Assembly: GCA_017459135.1 (NCBI GenBank)
Contig: JAFSZR010000050.1
Span: 1 to 47,084 of the forward strand
Direction of reading: 5' to 3'
DNA from: Lachnospiraceae bacterium
GTDB taxonomy: Bacteria > Bacillota > Clostridia > Lachnospirales > Lachnospiraceae
DNA length: 47,084 nucleotides
The position numbers and the translations under genes are program-made. Position 1 is the stretch's first letter, and each line of letters begins with the position of its first letter. This document shows positions 1-9,901 of this stretch, piece by piece. The notes under the pieces are model-generated. The model was not told the DNA's origin, did no database searches, and worked only from the letters and a program-made list of their open reading frames with translations.

Positions 1-462
1 AAGTATTTCTTTTTCCTTATTTATTCTTGCTGTTTTATCCTCGTCAGTTTCTTTCTCTTTTATATCAATGCTGTAATTGCCCGAAAGAAATTTCACCATA
101 ATCTCCGATAACTGTTTTGGCTCAATAGGTTTATTTAATACCGCAGCAAAGCCTGCCTTCTCGTAATCCTCCTGCCCCTCCTCCGGTTCATAAGCCGTAT
201 AGCAGATTATAGGAGTATCCGTGTTATAGCCGCCTGACGCATTTTTAAGAACCTTAAAGGTTTCATATCCATCTTTATCGGGCATATGATTATCAAGAAA
301 TATCAAATCATATTTTTTATTGCTGCATTTTTCTATACAATCATTTCCGCCACTGGCAAGCTCAACATCTGTGCCGTAAGACATAAGCAGTGATTCAAGC
401 ATTATCCTGTTTATCTCCATATCATCTGCAACAAGAACCTTTGGTTTATCATGTTTTAGCAT
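1..462 (-). CDS. Response regulator receiver-domain protein (3' end runs off the window)
   Basis: Not in the ORF track; my translation from ATG 462 (GGAGG upstream) gives MLKHDKPKVLVADDMEINR...YDLIFLDNHMPDKDG...PIICYTA...LNKPIEP, a CheY-like receiver; open to base 1. Confidence 0.85.
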   Translation of the reverse strand, partial: MLKHDKPKVLVADDMEINRIMLESLLMSYGTDVELASGGNDCIEKCSNKKYDLIFLDNHMPDKDGYETFKVLKNASGGYNTDTPIICYTAYEPEEGQEDYEKAGFAAVLNKPIEPKQLSEIMVKFLSGNYSIDIKEKETDEDKTARINKEKEIL

Positions 463-482
463 TTCAACTTCCTCCCTGTAAA

Positions 483-821
483 TTAAAGAAGCTTTCTTAA
501 CTCTTCTCTCTTTCCTTCAATCTCCGCTTCAAGCGCGGTATAGTCCATATCGGTTCTTGCTCTTAACAGCTCGGTTATCTCAACAACCTTTTCATAAACA
601 GGTGTGATGGCAAGATTTCCAAGTGCACCCTTAAGTGCATGTGCCGCCTCGAAGGCCTCATCAAGATTGTTTGCGGAAAGCGCATCTTTAAGCCTGTCAA
701 AATTCTTTTCATCCACTACCGTACCTGCAAGCCTTAAGTAAAGCGCTTCATTGTTCATACATCTCGCAAGTCCCTCATCCACATTTGCACCGAATTCCTT
801 TAACGCATCAATTGTAAGCAT
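483..821 (-). CDS. Hpt (histidine phosphotransfer) domain protein
   Basis: EAAHALKG Hpt motif; start moved from 854 to ATG 821 because GAGGGGG SD precedes it. Confidence 0.88.
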   Translation of the reverse strand: MLTIDALKEFGANVDEGLARCMNNEALYLRLAGTVVDEKNFDRLKDALSANNLDEAFEAAHALKGALGNLAITPVYEKVVEITELLRARTDMDYTALEAEIEGKREELRKLL

Positions 822-850
822 ATTTATCCCCCTCATATCTTTGAAATTTT

Positions 851-2554
851 TCACTGATTTTCCTTCAAATCCTTCTCAATAAGAAGATTAAACTCCGCAG
901 CAGGTAAAGGCTTTGAAAAATAATATCCCTGAATAACATCACAGCCTCTGTCACGTAAGGTCTGATACTGTTTTTCCTCCTCGACGCCCTCCGCAATTAC
1001 AGGTACCTTAAGAAGTCTTGCTATATCAAGTATTATCTCAACCAGCTTAAGATTTTTATAATCAACAAGCATATTTCTGATAAATTTCATATCCATCTTA
1101 AGAACATCTATAGGAAGTGTGGTAAGCATGTTAAGTGATGAATAGCCTGAACCGAAATCATCAAGCTCTATCTTAAAGCCTCTGCCTCTAAGCTTATTAA
1201 CCACCTCAATCAGTTCATTTACATTATCCGAATATGCCGACTCGGTTATCTCAAGCATATATTCGTTAGTAGTTAATCCATACTTTTCAATAAGATTTGT
1301 AAGCTTATCAAAAAGCTTAGGGTCATATATATCGATTCGGGAAACATTTACGGATACCGGAATTGTTACTCCGTACTTATCCTTCCATTCCTTTATCTGT
1401 CTGGCAGCCTCCTCCCAAACATAATTATCAAGCTGCTGTATAAGTCCGTTTCCTTCAAAAAGCGGAACAAAATCCCCGGGACTTATCATGCCAAGCTCAG
1501 GGTGCTTCCATCTTATAAGCGCCTCTGCACTTGAAAGTCGCGGCTTTTCTCCCGTTATATTATACTTAGGCTGAAAATAAACCATAAGCTGTTTCTCCGA
1601 AACCGCCGTATAAAAATCTCTTATAAGCTTTTCTTCGTAAATGGCTCTCTCATACAGGCTGTTATCATAATAAGCCACATTTCTGGTGTAATCCTCTCTT
1701 ATTCTGTTGCATGCAATAACCGCTCTGTCATACCACATCTCCGGCTGGACGGATTTGTCAACATCGGGATAAACGCCAAGTCTGACCCTTATATTATGTG
1801 TGCTTGTCCTTTCATAAATCTGCTTATTAATCCTCTCAAGCACGTTGTACCCATATATGCCCTTATGCTCAAGATACACATAGAAGATGTCCGCGTTTAT
1901 ACGACTTGCAAGACCTCCCTTCTTTTGCTCAATCATATCCAGAAGCTCATTTGCCACAAGCACGAGCACCTCATCTCCAAAATCTCTTCCGTATATTTCA
2001 TTTATAAGATGAAAATGGTCTATGTTTAATACGACCGCATCCATCTTGGTTTCGGGTGCATAATGCTCTATCTGTGAAATGTATCTTAAAAAATATTCCT
2101 TCGTATAAAGACCTGTAAGGGAGTCCTTTTCGGTAGCCTGAATTATATTTTTATCCTCTGCAAATTCGATAATTCTTTCCGTCCTTGCAAGAATAACCTC
2201 CGGCATATCATAAGGCTTTGTTATAAAATCAATCGCCCCAAGCTTTATGCTTTCTATCTCGGCGTCCTTTTCGGAGGTCATGACAATTATCGGGATTCTC
2301 TTAAGAAGCTCATTTTCTTTGCAAAGCTTTATGACGGTAAATCCGTCCATTTTAGGCATAAGCAAATCAAGCAGTATGAGAGAAAAATCATAAGGTCTTT
2401 CTCCCAAAATTTCCATAGCCTGCTCACCGTCCTCGGCATAGGTTACTTCGTATACCCCATTAAATATATTTCCAAGTATTTCCCTGTTTGCAAATTCATC
2501 GTCAACAATAAGTATGTGTTTTTTAAAACCGTCTTTTTCCTTAAATCTTTTCAT
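851..2554 (-). CDS. REC-GGDEF(degenerate)-EAL protein, probable c-di-GMP phosphodiesterase
   Basis: Receiver (ILIVDD, LLDLLMP, KP); GGDEF region DSLTGLY with RINADIF in place of GGDEF; intact AEALIRW, LEITES, LDDFGSGYSS, IAEGVE, QGYYFSKP. Confidence 0.92.
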   Translation of the reverse strand: MKRFKEKDGFKKHILIVDDEFANREILGNIFNGVYEVTYAEDGEQAMEILGERPYDFSLILLDLLMPKMDGFTVIKLCKENELLKRIPIIVMTSEKDAEIESIKLGAIDFITKPYDMPEVILARTERIIEFAEDKNIIQATEKDSLTGLYTKEYFLRYISQIEHYAPETKMDAVVLNIDHFHLINEIYGRDFGDEVLVLVANELLDMIEQKKGGLASRINADIFYVYLEHKGIYGYNVLERINKQIYERTSTHNIRVRLGVYPDVDKSVQPEMWYDRAVIACNRIREDYTRNVAYYDNSLYERAIYEEKLIRDFYTAVSEKQLMVYFQPKYNITGEKPRLSSAEALIRWKHPELGMISPGDFVPLFEGNGLIQQLDNYVWEEAARQIKEWKDKYGVTIPVSVNVSRIDIYDPKLFDKLTNLIEKYGLTTNEYMLEITESAYSDNVNELIEVVNKLRGRGFKIELDDFGSGYSSLNMLTTLPIDVLKMDMKFIRNMLVDYKNLKLVEIILDIARLLKVPVIAEGVEEEKQYQTLRDRGCDVIQGYYFSKPLPAAEFNLLIEKDLKENQ

Positions 2555-3405
2555 TCCCTTATCCCCTTCTCTTCGCTTACAAGAACCCTGTTAAGATTTT
2601 TTCTGTCACACCACACATAGCGATGCTGGATTTGACTGTAAAATACATTAAAATCTATCTGCTTCTTTCTTACAACATTTTGAACGTAAAGCATTACCGC
2701 AAGACCTACAAATATAATCAAAAGTAAAAAAACACCGCCGACAAACAAATCAAGCTTTACCTTCCCTATATCATCCTCCGCCATTGTTGTAAGAACTCTT
2801 ACGGTTGCACGATAACCGCCTATTATACCTGTAATTACTCCGGCTATGGCTGTTATTATCATAACTTTCATTCCGAAGCTGCCTAAAATCGACTTGCAGC
2901 AAAAAAGGTCGGAACTGACTTTATCCCGTTCAAATTATCTATGTCGGAAATATTTCCACTTCTAATCGCATGCGGAAGACAAGTAGCCGCAATTATAAGT
3001 ATACCGGTCAAAAGAACTACTGACAGAATAGTCATGAGCTTTCTTAATAACGGTTTTGCAATTATAAACATTAGTCCTATAACGGCAAGTACAATTGCCG
3101 AAACCACTACCTCTCCGACATATACATCATTTCCCGCAACAGAATAATGAGGCTTCTTTAGTATATGCATAAACGCCTCCTGTCATGGAACTGTGACTCA
3201 TAAGATATGCAAGATTATATCCGATTACAAGCATAATCAGCATACCAAGTATGATGGCTATTACCGTACCCGCAGGCCCTGTAACAGGAAGAAACATAGT
3301 TCCGGGCATGGCAAAAACACCCCAGCCGACCATGCAGCCAAAGGCCATCGCCCATACATCTATTCGCGAAAGGTATTTGGAATCTTTTTTACCGTCCTGT
3401 TCCAT
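2551..3405 (-). pseudogene. Collapsed APC amino-acid permease / histidine-kinase fusion pseudogene (three fragments)
   Basis: ORFs 3127..3405, 2883..3170 and 2551..2871 are consecutive permease pieces (AFGCMVGWG, GGVYAYTKEA, RVLTTMAED); last fragment ends in a kinase-like stretch (YVWCDRKNLNRVL); adding one T at about 2885 restores SRFLGSFGMKV. Confidence 0.7.
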
Positions 3406-3474
3406 CAGTAGACAAAACCTCCTGCTACAAATAATTTCATTTTATCTTTTTAATTTATTATGTGTAAATGTATA

Positions 3475-5991
3475 CTACTTTAATAAGCTTTCCAGAGTTT
3501 CAAACAAATTATCAGGCTCTACAGGCTTACTTAGATGTGCGTTAAGACCTGCCTGCATACTTCTTTGTACGTCCTCGTCAAAAGCGTTTGCCGTAAGTGC
3601 AATTATCGGGATAGTCTTTGCATCGGCTCTGTTCATGGCTCTTATGGCCTTGGTTGCTTCAAGTCCATCCATTACAGGCATTCGCATATCCATAAGGATT
3701 GCATCATAATAGCCCTCCTCCTTCTCGCGAAACATATCAACCGCAATCTGACCGTTCTCGGCATGCTCAACCTCCATCTCGCGCATGGCAAGCACCATAG
3801 TCATTATCTCAGCATTTATCACGACATCCTCCGCAAGAAGAATCCGACATCCCTTAAGGTCAATTTGCATGTGAGAATTGTCTTTGTTCTTTCTCTTAAA
3901 TGCTTCTTTAAATTCATCCATTACATTTGAGGCAAAAAGCGGTTTGGCTACAAAGGTATCTACTCCGGCCTCCTTTGCCTCATCCACCACGTCATCCCAG
4001 TTAAAGGACGTGAGTATAATAATCGCAAGCTCATCACCTACTATTTCTCTTATTCGTCTTGTAGTTTCAATTCCGTCCATTTCAGGCATCTTCCAATCTA
4101 CAAGGATAAGATTATACGGTTCTCTTCTTGCATGGCGAACCTTTACCATTTCCAATGCTTCAGTTCCCGAAAGTGCAATATCGCAACTGACTCCTACCTG
4201 TCCCAAAACAAGCTTTGCATGCTCACACGCCACCGGGTCATCATCTATTACAAGCACCACCATATCCTGTGGTGTCAATTCATCAATCAATTCTCCAGAA
4301 TATTTTCTGCTTGAGTTTTTAAGTGTTACCGTAACCTTAAATGTAGTTCCCACACCTTTCTCACTCTCAACCTCAATATTACCGTTCATAAGTTCAACAA
4401 GGCTCTTTGTTATAGGCATTCCGAGTCCCGTACTTCCATACTGATTGGTAGACGAAGAATCCTCCTGTGAGAAAGCATCAAATATCTTCGGAAGATATTC
4501 CCTGCTCATACCGATTCCCGTATCCGACATAACAAACTTAAGCGTGCAGTTACCTTCAAATCTTGTTACCTCCTCAACGGTCATGGTTACTTTTCCGCCC
4601 TGCGGAGTAAACTTTACCGAATTACCAAGAATATTAATAAGTATCTGTCTTAGCTTAACCGAGTCACCTATATAATACTCTCCTATGTTTCCGCTTATGG
4701 TACTGTCAAAGGTAAGTCCTTTGTTTCGGCACTGACCACCGATAATGGCACCGACCTGTTCCATAAGCTTTGAGAAAGAAAACTCCTCACTGTGAATAAT
4801 CATGCGTCCCGATTCAATTCGCGACATGTCAAGAATATCATTTATTATACTTAACAGATGATGTGCCGAGGTTCCTATTTTCTCAAGATAGTCCTTTGTC
4901 TTATCAGATATATCCACATCGGAAAGAGCTATGTTATCCAAACCTATTATGGCATTCATAGGAGTACGTATCTCATGGCTCATATTTGATAAAAATGCGG
5001 TCTTTGCTTTATTGGCCTGCTCGGCTGCGGTAAGAGCATCACTTAATGCCTTGGTCTGTGCCAGACTCTTTCTTGTTTCAGCATCAACATCGGTAAAACA
5101 GGCACCGACTGCATGGACTATATGGTCATCTCTGTCTTCGGGATGACGGACTCCGGCAAATCTAACCATTTCATAAGATTGACTTTCACGCCTGTCAACC
5201 ATATATATGAATGAAATAACTCTGTTATCCTTAAGCTCTTCTCTTATTGAATCCGGCTGTATAAACTTAAGAAATTTATCCCGGTATTCGTCCGTGATAT
5301 ATTTTTGGGCATAATCGGTAAAGGTTTCAAGATATTTGAATCTTTCACCCACCTCAAGAGAATCCTTCAAATCCGTATGTGACTGATAGCATACACCCTC
5401 ATTGGTATCAAGCTCAACATAATAAACACTCCAATAATCGGAAGCAAGTGCGGTTATAAGTTTGTCCTGCTCTGCCTTTTCTCTTTCCTCTTCAAGAAGC
5501 TTTTCCTGAAGCTTAAGCTTCTCCTCCATCTCCTGCTGTTTTGCCTCAAGCTGAGCCTGCTGCAGCTTAGCGTCTATCTGTTCTTTCTTATCTGTTATAT
5601 CCGAAATAAAAACATAAAAAATGCCGCCATAGCTTTCGGTACGGGTAAAATGACCATAATCATCCACCCATCTTGTCTGACCATCCTTCCTCACAATACG
5701 ATATTCGACATAGTCAAGATCATCGTCACTTTCTTCAATCTGTTTGTCTATTGATTGATTTATCTTTTCAAAATCATCAGGATGCACCATGCCTCTGAAT
5801 GTATATCCTGTTAATTTCTTAAAATCATCTAAATCATCGCATCCATAGATATTAAAGGTGGCCTTATTGGCATATAGCAGTTCAAGGGGTTCGGAAGCCT
5901 TGTATATAAAAAATCCTCCGGGCATATGACGACCTATCTCTTCAACGATGGTCATGGTTTTTTCGTTAAGCTGAAAATGTTCCCCAAACAT
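3475..5991 (-). CDS. Hybrid sensor histidine kinase (PAS, HisKA, HATPase, two receiver domains)
   Basis: VHPDD PAS; FLSNMSHEIRTPMN H-box; NILGNSVKFT, DTGIGMS, GSTGLGM; two REC domains (LVDWKMP, LMDMRMP). Confidence 0.95.
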   Translation of the reverse strand: MFGEHFQLNEKTMTIVEEIGRHMPGGFFIYKASEPLELLYANKATFNIYGCDDLDDFKKLTGYTFRGMVHPDDFEKINQSIDKQIEESDDDLDYVEYRIVRKDGQTRWVDDYGHFTRTESYGGIFYVFISDITDKKEQIDAKLQQAQLEAKQQEMEEKLKLQEKLLEEEREKAEQDKLITALASDYWSVYYVELDTNEGVCYQSHTDLKDSLEVGERFKYLETFTDYAQKYITDEYRDKFLKFIQPDSIREELKDNRVISFIYMVDRRESQSYEMVRFAGVRHPEDRDDHIVHAVGACFTDVDAETRKSLAQTKALSDALTAAEQANKAKTAFLSNMSHEIRTPMNAIIGLDNIALSDVDISDKTKDYLEKIGTSAHHLLSIINDILDMSRIESGRMIIHSEEFSFSKLMEQVGAIIGGQCRNKGLTFDSTISGNIGEYYIGDSVKLRQILINILGNSVKFTPQGGKVTMTVEEVTRFEGNCTLKFVMSDTGIGMSREYLPKIFDAFSQEDSSSTNQYGSTGLGMPITKSLVELMNGNIEVESEKGVGTTFKVTVTLKNSSRKYSGELIDELTPQDMVVLVIDDDPVACEHAKLVLGQVGVSCDIALSGTEALEMVKVRHARREPYNLILVDWKMPEMDGIETTRRIREIVGDELAIIILTSFNWDDVVDEAKEAGVDTFVAKPLFASNVMDEFKEAFKRKNKDNSHMQIDLKGCRILLAEDVVINAEIMTMVLAMREMEVEHAENGQIAVDMFREKEEGYYDAILMDMRMPVMDGLEATKAIRAMNRADAKTIPIIALTANAFDEDVQRSMQAGLNAHLSKPVEPDNLFETLESLLK

Positions 5992-6054
5992 ATATACTCC
6001 TTACGAAATCTCTCAAATATTTTTAATCAAAAAAAGTTGACAAGATACGACATT

Positions 6055-6083
6055 ATTATACCCTATCGACTCTTTAATCGCAA
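6055..6083 (-). promoter_or_regulatory. Sigma-A-type promoter for the hybrid kinase operon
   Basis: TTGCGA-N17-TATAAT on the minus strand. Confidence 0.6.
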
Positions 6084-6139
6084 GGATTGAAAACAATGTA
6101 TTCTCTGATAAAACATCATAAAATAAATCCAAAAGATAA

Positions 6140-6164
6140 CGGCGGACAAAACTCCTGTCCGCCG
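6140..6164 (-). terminator. Intrinsic terminator downstream of the FliD-like gene
   Basis: 9-bp stem CGGCGGACA/TGTCCGCCG followed by a T-rich tract on the minus strand. Confidence 0.7.
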
Positions 6165-6212
6165 CCTTGTAACCGGTAGTATGACACATATATAATTGTC
6201 TTTAACAGTTTT

Positions 6213-6893
6213 TTAAAACAAGCTGTTAAATCCGTAACCCGAAAGCAGGTTGTTATAGTACATACCACTCTTTCCGTACATGCTCTGTGTGTTATAGCTC
6301 TGCTGCCTATATACAGCATCCTGAACACGCTGAGCAGATGATGAAATAACCCTTGCATATGAGCTTGTATTTCCAAACAGATTTTTTACGGTGTTCATAT
6401 CCGCTTTCTTAAAAGTCTCCTCATCTATGGAAAGCATACCATCACTGCCAACTGAAATTCCTGCTCTTTTCAAGCTGTTTTTCATTATGTCAGTCATTTT
6501 TGTCATACTGCTTCCCGCACTCTTAATACTTACGCTGCCTTCATCATTAAGATACTTTACAGTGTCGTTATAATTATTTACAAAATCACTTGCCATCTTG
6601 TATGCTTGATCTGCGTCATAAGTTTTTTTGTTAGCAAACAGATTATTCTTCTCAATATTTGTGAGCTTGTCCGTTGCCGACAAAAGTTTTGATGTTCCCT
6701 TGGTATCAAAGTTTAAGGAAGACGTTTTTCCTCTTGTCTTTAAGACATTCGCATTATAATTTAAGGTTGCTTTTGCTGTTCTTTTGTTTGAAAGTCTTGA
6801 AAGACTGCTGTAAAGTGATTTTTGATTATTCACCCTGCTTCCGTAACCAAAGAGACTTCCATAGTTCATGCTGTTTACATTAAACCTTACCAT
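6213..6893 (-). CDS. Hypothetical protein with a FliD C-terminal-like region
   Basis: FVNNYND and GISVGSDGMLSIDEETFKKA resemble flagellar cap FliD motifs, but the protein is much shorter than FliD; ATG 6893 follows GGAGGTG. Confidence 0.6.
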   Translation of the reverse strand: MVRFNVNSMNYGSLFGYGSRVNNQKSLYSSLSRLSNKRTAKATLNYNANVLKTRGKTSSLNFDTKGTSKLLSATDKLTNIEKNNLFANKKTYDADQAYKMASDFVNNYNDTVKYLNDEGSVSIKSAGSSMTKMTDIMKNSLKRAGISVGSDGMLSIDEETFKKADMNTVKNLFGNTSSYARVISSSAQRVQDAVYRQQSYNTQSMYGKSGMYYNNLLSGYGFNSLF

Positions 6894-7018
6894 ACTCTTC
6901 ACCTCCTTCCCGAACAGGTTTCTATTGTGATTATCGTATCAAAGAAGGCGATAAACAATAGAGTTGTCGTGGACAGGATTTTTTATGATGTGAACTGCTG
7001 TAAAGTATGCATTTAATA

Positions 7019-8419
7019 TCAGCCGACAAGCATAACGTTAAGTATGAAAAGATTTCCATCACCCGTCTTAATATTTATGTCAATTGTTCCGTTGTATTTT
7101 TCCGCAATGCTTTGAATGTTTCTTAAACCGTATCCATGCCCTTTTTCATGTTTTGTGGAAACAGGCATGCCCTCTTCATTAAGCAGCACTGTTTTTTCCG
7201 TTTTATTTTTTACACTTACTATAAAGACTTTATCCCTTACCGCTGAACAAATGCTTATGTACGAAACGTCCGCTTTCTTTGAAGCCTCAATTGCATTTTG
7301 TAAGGCATTGGTAAGTATTACACACATATCAAACGGATTAATGTTAAGCTTTTCGGGATAGATAAATTTGCACTCAAACGGTACATTTTCTTTTTCACAA
7401 CGCATGGCAAATTCCGACATTACAACATCAGTAACCGCATTTCCTGTTTTTATTACCGGCTGCAATTCTTCAAAACGATTCTGCCAGTCACTGATATACT
7501 TCGTAAGCTCATCTGTCTTACCTGTTTCTGCAAGTCCTTTAATAATAGTCATATGATTAACCATATCATGACGCATTGATTTCATTTTCTCATAGGAATC
7601 TTCCACCCGTTCAATATCCGACTGCATATCTTCAATCTGCTTTTCAAGTGTTCTTCTTGCAAATTCATCTTCCTGCCTGCTCTTTATTTTTTGGTAAAAC
7701 GCAATAACAACCAATATGGATAAATAAGAAAAAATGCAAAAAAGAATTCTAAAAAGATTACCCGGAATATTTTCTTTAATGCTTCCGTTTTTTATTCCGT
7801 CCATCCACAAATGAAAATATGATGACATAATAGGCTTGACAAGCAGAATAGATACAGACGGCATAAGAAGCATAATAAGCTCCTGCCATGTCATTTCTTC
7901 TTCCTTATGTTTGTAAACCTTGTGAAGAAGTCGTATCGAAATATACAAAAGCAATAATCCGGAAAAATATTCCAGAAATATCCAAATAATAAATTCTATT
8001 ATAATAACAGAAATATTGTTTTTATAAAAATCAAATTTTGCCACAAAATCCCGTTCATAAAAGCCAACCTCAGAAAGCATTTCCAAAGGCAGCCAGCAGA
8101 TTATTCTAAACACTGTACATAACAGAATTTTTTGTATGGGATTTCTTTTATAATCAATAAACCATAAAACCATAACAGATAAAACTACTACACCAACCGT
8201 CAAAACACGGTCAATATATTTCGGCGTATTAAGGTGACTGATAAACATAAAAACAGACCAGTATATTAATGCAGCTGCATACGCCGCTTTTTTATTTATT
8301 ACAAAGGGTTTTAACCAATATGCATAAAACAGGGCTGTGCCCGCAAGAACTATCTCAATAATAATCTGCATATATATATTTGCAAATTCGGCAAAGTTAT
8401 TTGTCAGCCACTCCATCAT
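7019..8419 (-). CDS. AgrC/VirS-like GHKL membrane sensor histidine kinase
   Basis: Multi-TM N-terminus; MRHDMVNH H-box; TGNAVTD, NALQNAIEA, GHGYGLRNI. Confidence 0.92.
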   Translation of the reverse strand: MMEWLTNNFAEFANIYMQIIIEIVLAGTALFYAYWLKPFVINKKAAYAAALIYWSVFMFISHLNTPKYIDRVLTVGVVVLSVMVLWFIDYKRNPIQKILLCTVFRIICWLPLEMLSEVGFYERDFVAKFDFYKNNISVIIIEFIIWIFLEYFSGLLLLYISIRLLHKVYKHKEEEMTWQELIMLLMPSVSILLVKPIMSSYFHLWMDGIKNGSIKENIPGNLFRILFCIFSYLSILVVIAFYQKIKSRQEDEFARRTLEKQIEDMQSDIERVEDSYEKMKSMRHDMVNHMTIIKGLAETGKTDELTKYISDWQNRFEELQPVIKTGNAVTDVVMSEFAMRCEKENVPFECKFIYPEKLNINPFDMCVILTNALQNAIEASKKADVSYISICSAVRDKVFIVSVKNKTEKTVLLNEEGMPVSTKHEKGHGYGLRNIQSIAEKYNGTIDINIKTGDGNLFILNVMLVG

Positions 8420-8458
8420 AATCTTTTCCTCCCAATGGCATAAGAATCTCCGGTATTT

Positions 8459-9202
8459 TTATATCAAGCTTAACTCTTTCACATGAAAGGACATAAACGC
8501 CTTAACAAATTCCTGATACTTTCCGCGTGCAACAGGAATACTGTCTTCTGCAACATTAATAAGTTTTGAGTCATAAGATTTTACATATGCAAGATTTATA
8601 AGATATGACCTGTTAATCCTGAAAAAATCCTTTCCGGCAGTTTTCTCAAGTTCAGCCATTCTTCCGTAATATTCTATATTGTCCCCTTTTCTCATGTGAA
8701 GCACTATCCGGCGGTCAAAGATTTCGGCATAGATTACCTTAGAAAGAATTACTCTCGTATTTGTACCGCCGCATTTTACAATAATTTCTCTTTGTTTTTC
8801 CTTATCAAATTCGTTTTCACTTATCAGTTTTTCAATTTTTTTCTGTTCTTCTGCCTGACTTATTGCTTTTCTTGTTACGTTTTTTATCTTTGTCTTGTTA
8901 AACGGCTTAACAATATACTGAAATGCACCGACATCAAAAGCATTAAAAACATATTCTTCCAACGCTGTCACAAAAATAATAATCGTTTTCTTTCCGTTTT
9001 TGCGAAGTATTTTTGCCGCATTCATTCCGTCTATTCCCGGAACCTGAATATCAAGAAACAATATATCCGCATCAAATTCCGGTGATGTTATTTTTTCTGC
9101 ATCATCAAAGCATTCTATCTCCAGATTTTCGGATACCTCTAGTACAGCTTCCCGTATATAATCCCTAATCTTTTTTTCGTCATCGCAAATAGCAAGCTTC
9201 AT
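8459..9202 (-). CDS. LytTR-family response regulator
   Basis: LAICDD, LFLDI, YIVKP receiver; FFRINRSYLINL LytTR motif; ATG 9202 is better spaced from GGAGAGG than 9211. Confidence 0.93.
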   Translation of the reverse strand: MKLAICDDEKKIRDYIREAVLEVSENLEIECFDDAEKITSPEFDADILFLDIQVPGIDGMNAAKILRKNGKKTIIIFVTALEEYVFNAFDVGAFQYIVKPFNKTKIKNVTRKAISQAEEQKKIEKLISENEFDKEKQREIIVKCGGTNTRVILSKVIYAEIFDRRIVLHMRKGDNIEYYGRMAELEKTAGKDFFRINRSYLINLAYVKSYDSKLINVAEDSIPVARGKYQEFVKAFMSFHVKELSLI

Positions 9203-9242
9203 AAAAAACATCCTCTCCCGTCAAAACATAATATCAATGATT

Positions 9243-9269
9243 GTATCGGATAGTTTTCCATGTTATTTA
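9243..9269 (-). promoter_or_regulatory. Possible sigma-28 (FliA/SigD) promoter
   Basis: TAAA-N15-TCCGATAC versus consensus TAAA-N15-GCCGATAA. Confidence 0.45.
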
Positions 9270-9322
9270 TCTGTTAATACGTAAATTGCATATTTTATGT
9301 TGTGAAATGTGACGATAAATAA

Positions 9323-9365
9323 AAGACTGTCATACAAAGTGTTTTTTTCACCAAGACGACAGTCT
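9323..9365 (-). terminator. Possible terminator after the DUF3990 pair
   Basis: AGACTGTC/GACAGTCT inverted repeat with a long loop, followed by TTTATTT on the minus strand. Confidence 0.4.
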
Positions 9366-9397
9366 CTTATAGTTTTAAATTCTTATTAAATAATTTT

Positions 9398-9886
9398 TTA
9401 CTTTTTCATTTTTCTGTTTTTTTTAAATATCTCATACTGACGTTTCAATTCTTCTGTCTCGTCCGTAAGCATTCCCTTTGCCTCCAAAATCCTCTCAATA
9501 GCCTGAGCCGGATCCATGGTATGATACGGCAAAAACAACGTTCTTAACTCCTTAGGTTTCACAATTTTATATACCTGTGTGGATGATAATTCATAAGTTA
9601 TTACAAAATATCTGTAGATATATCCAATCCAATAAATTTCATTATGAGTATATTTTACAGACCCATAATCCGAAACACCATACTCTTCGTCAACTAACTG
9701 CAAAATATCATTCGCCTGAATATTACTATCCAATACGGATTCATCGTCAAGTCTTTTAGCTATTTGGCTTTTCATAAACCGCCTGATAAATATTTCCGAA
9801 CTTGAATCCATCTTTTCAATAGAGTTTTCAAATGCTTTTGCTTGAAGTTCGCATAACAACAGACCGTCTTTATCAATCTTCTTCAT
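9398..9886 (-). CDS. Conserved partner of the DUF3990 protein (putative antitoxin)
   Basis: Starts 15 bp after the DUF3990 gene with AAGGAG SD; EIFIRRFMKS, YWIGYIYRY and PYHTMDP motifs I associate with DUF3990 neighbours. Confidence 0.65.
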   Translation of the reverse strand: MKKIDKDGLLLCELQAKAFENSIEKMDSSSEIFIRRFMKSQIAKRLDDESVLDSNIQANDILQLVDEEYGVSDYGSVKYTHNEIYWIGYIYRYFVITYELSSTQVYKIVKPKELRTLFLPYHTMDPAQAIERILEAKGMLTDETEELKRQYEIFKKNRKMKK

Positions 9887-9901
9887 GCATTTATCTCCTT
9901 T

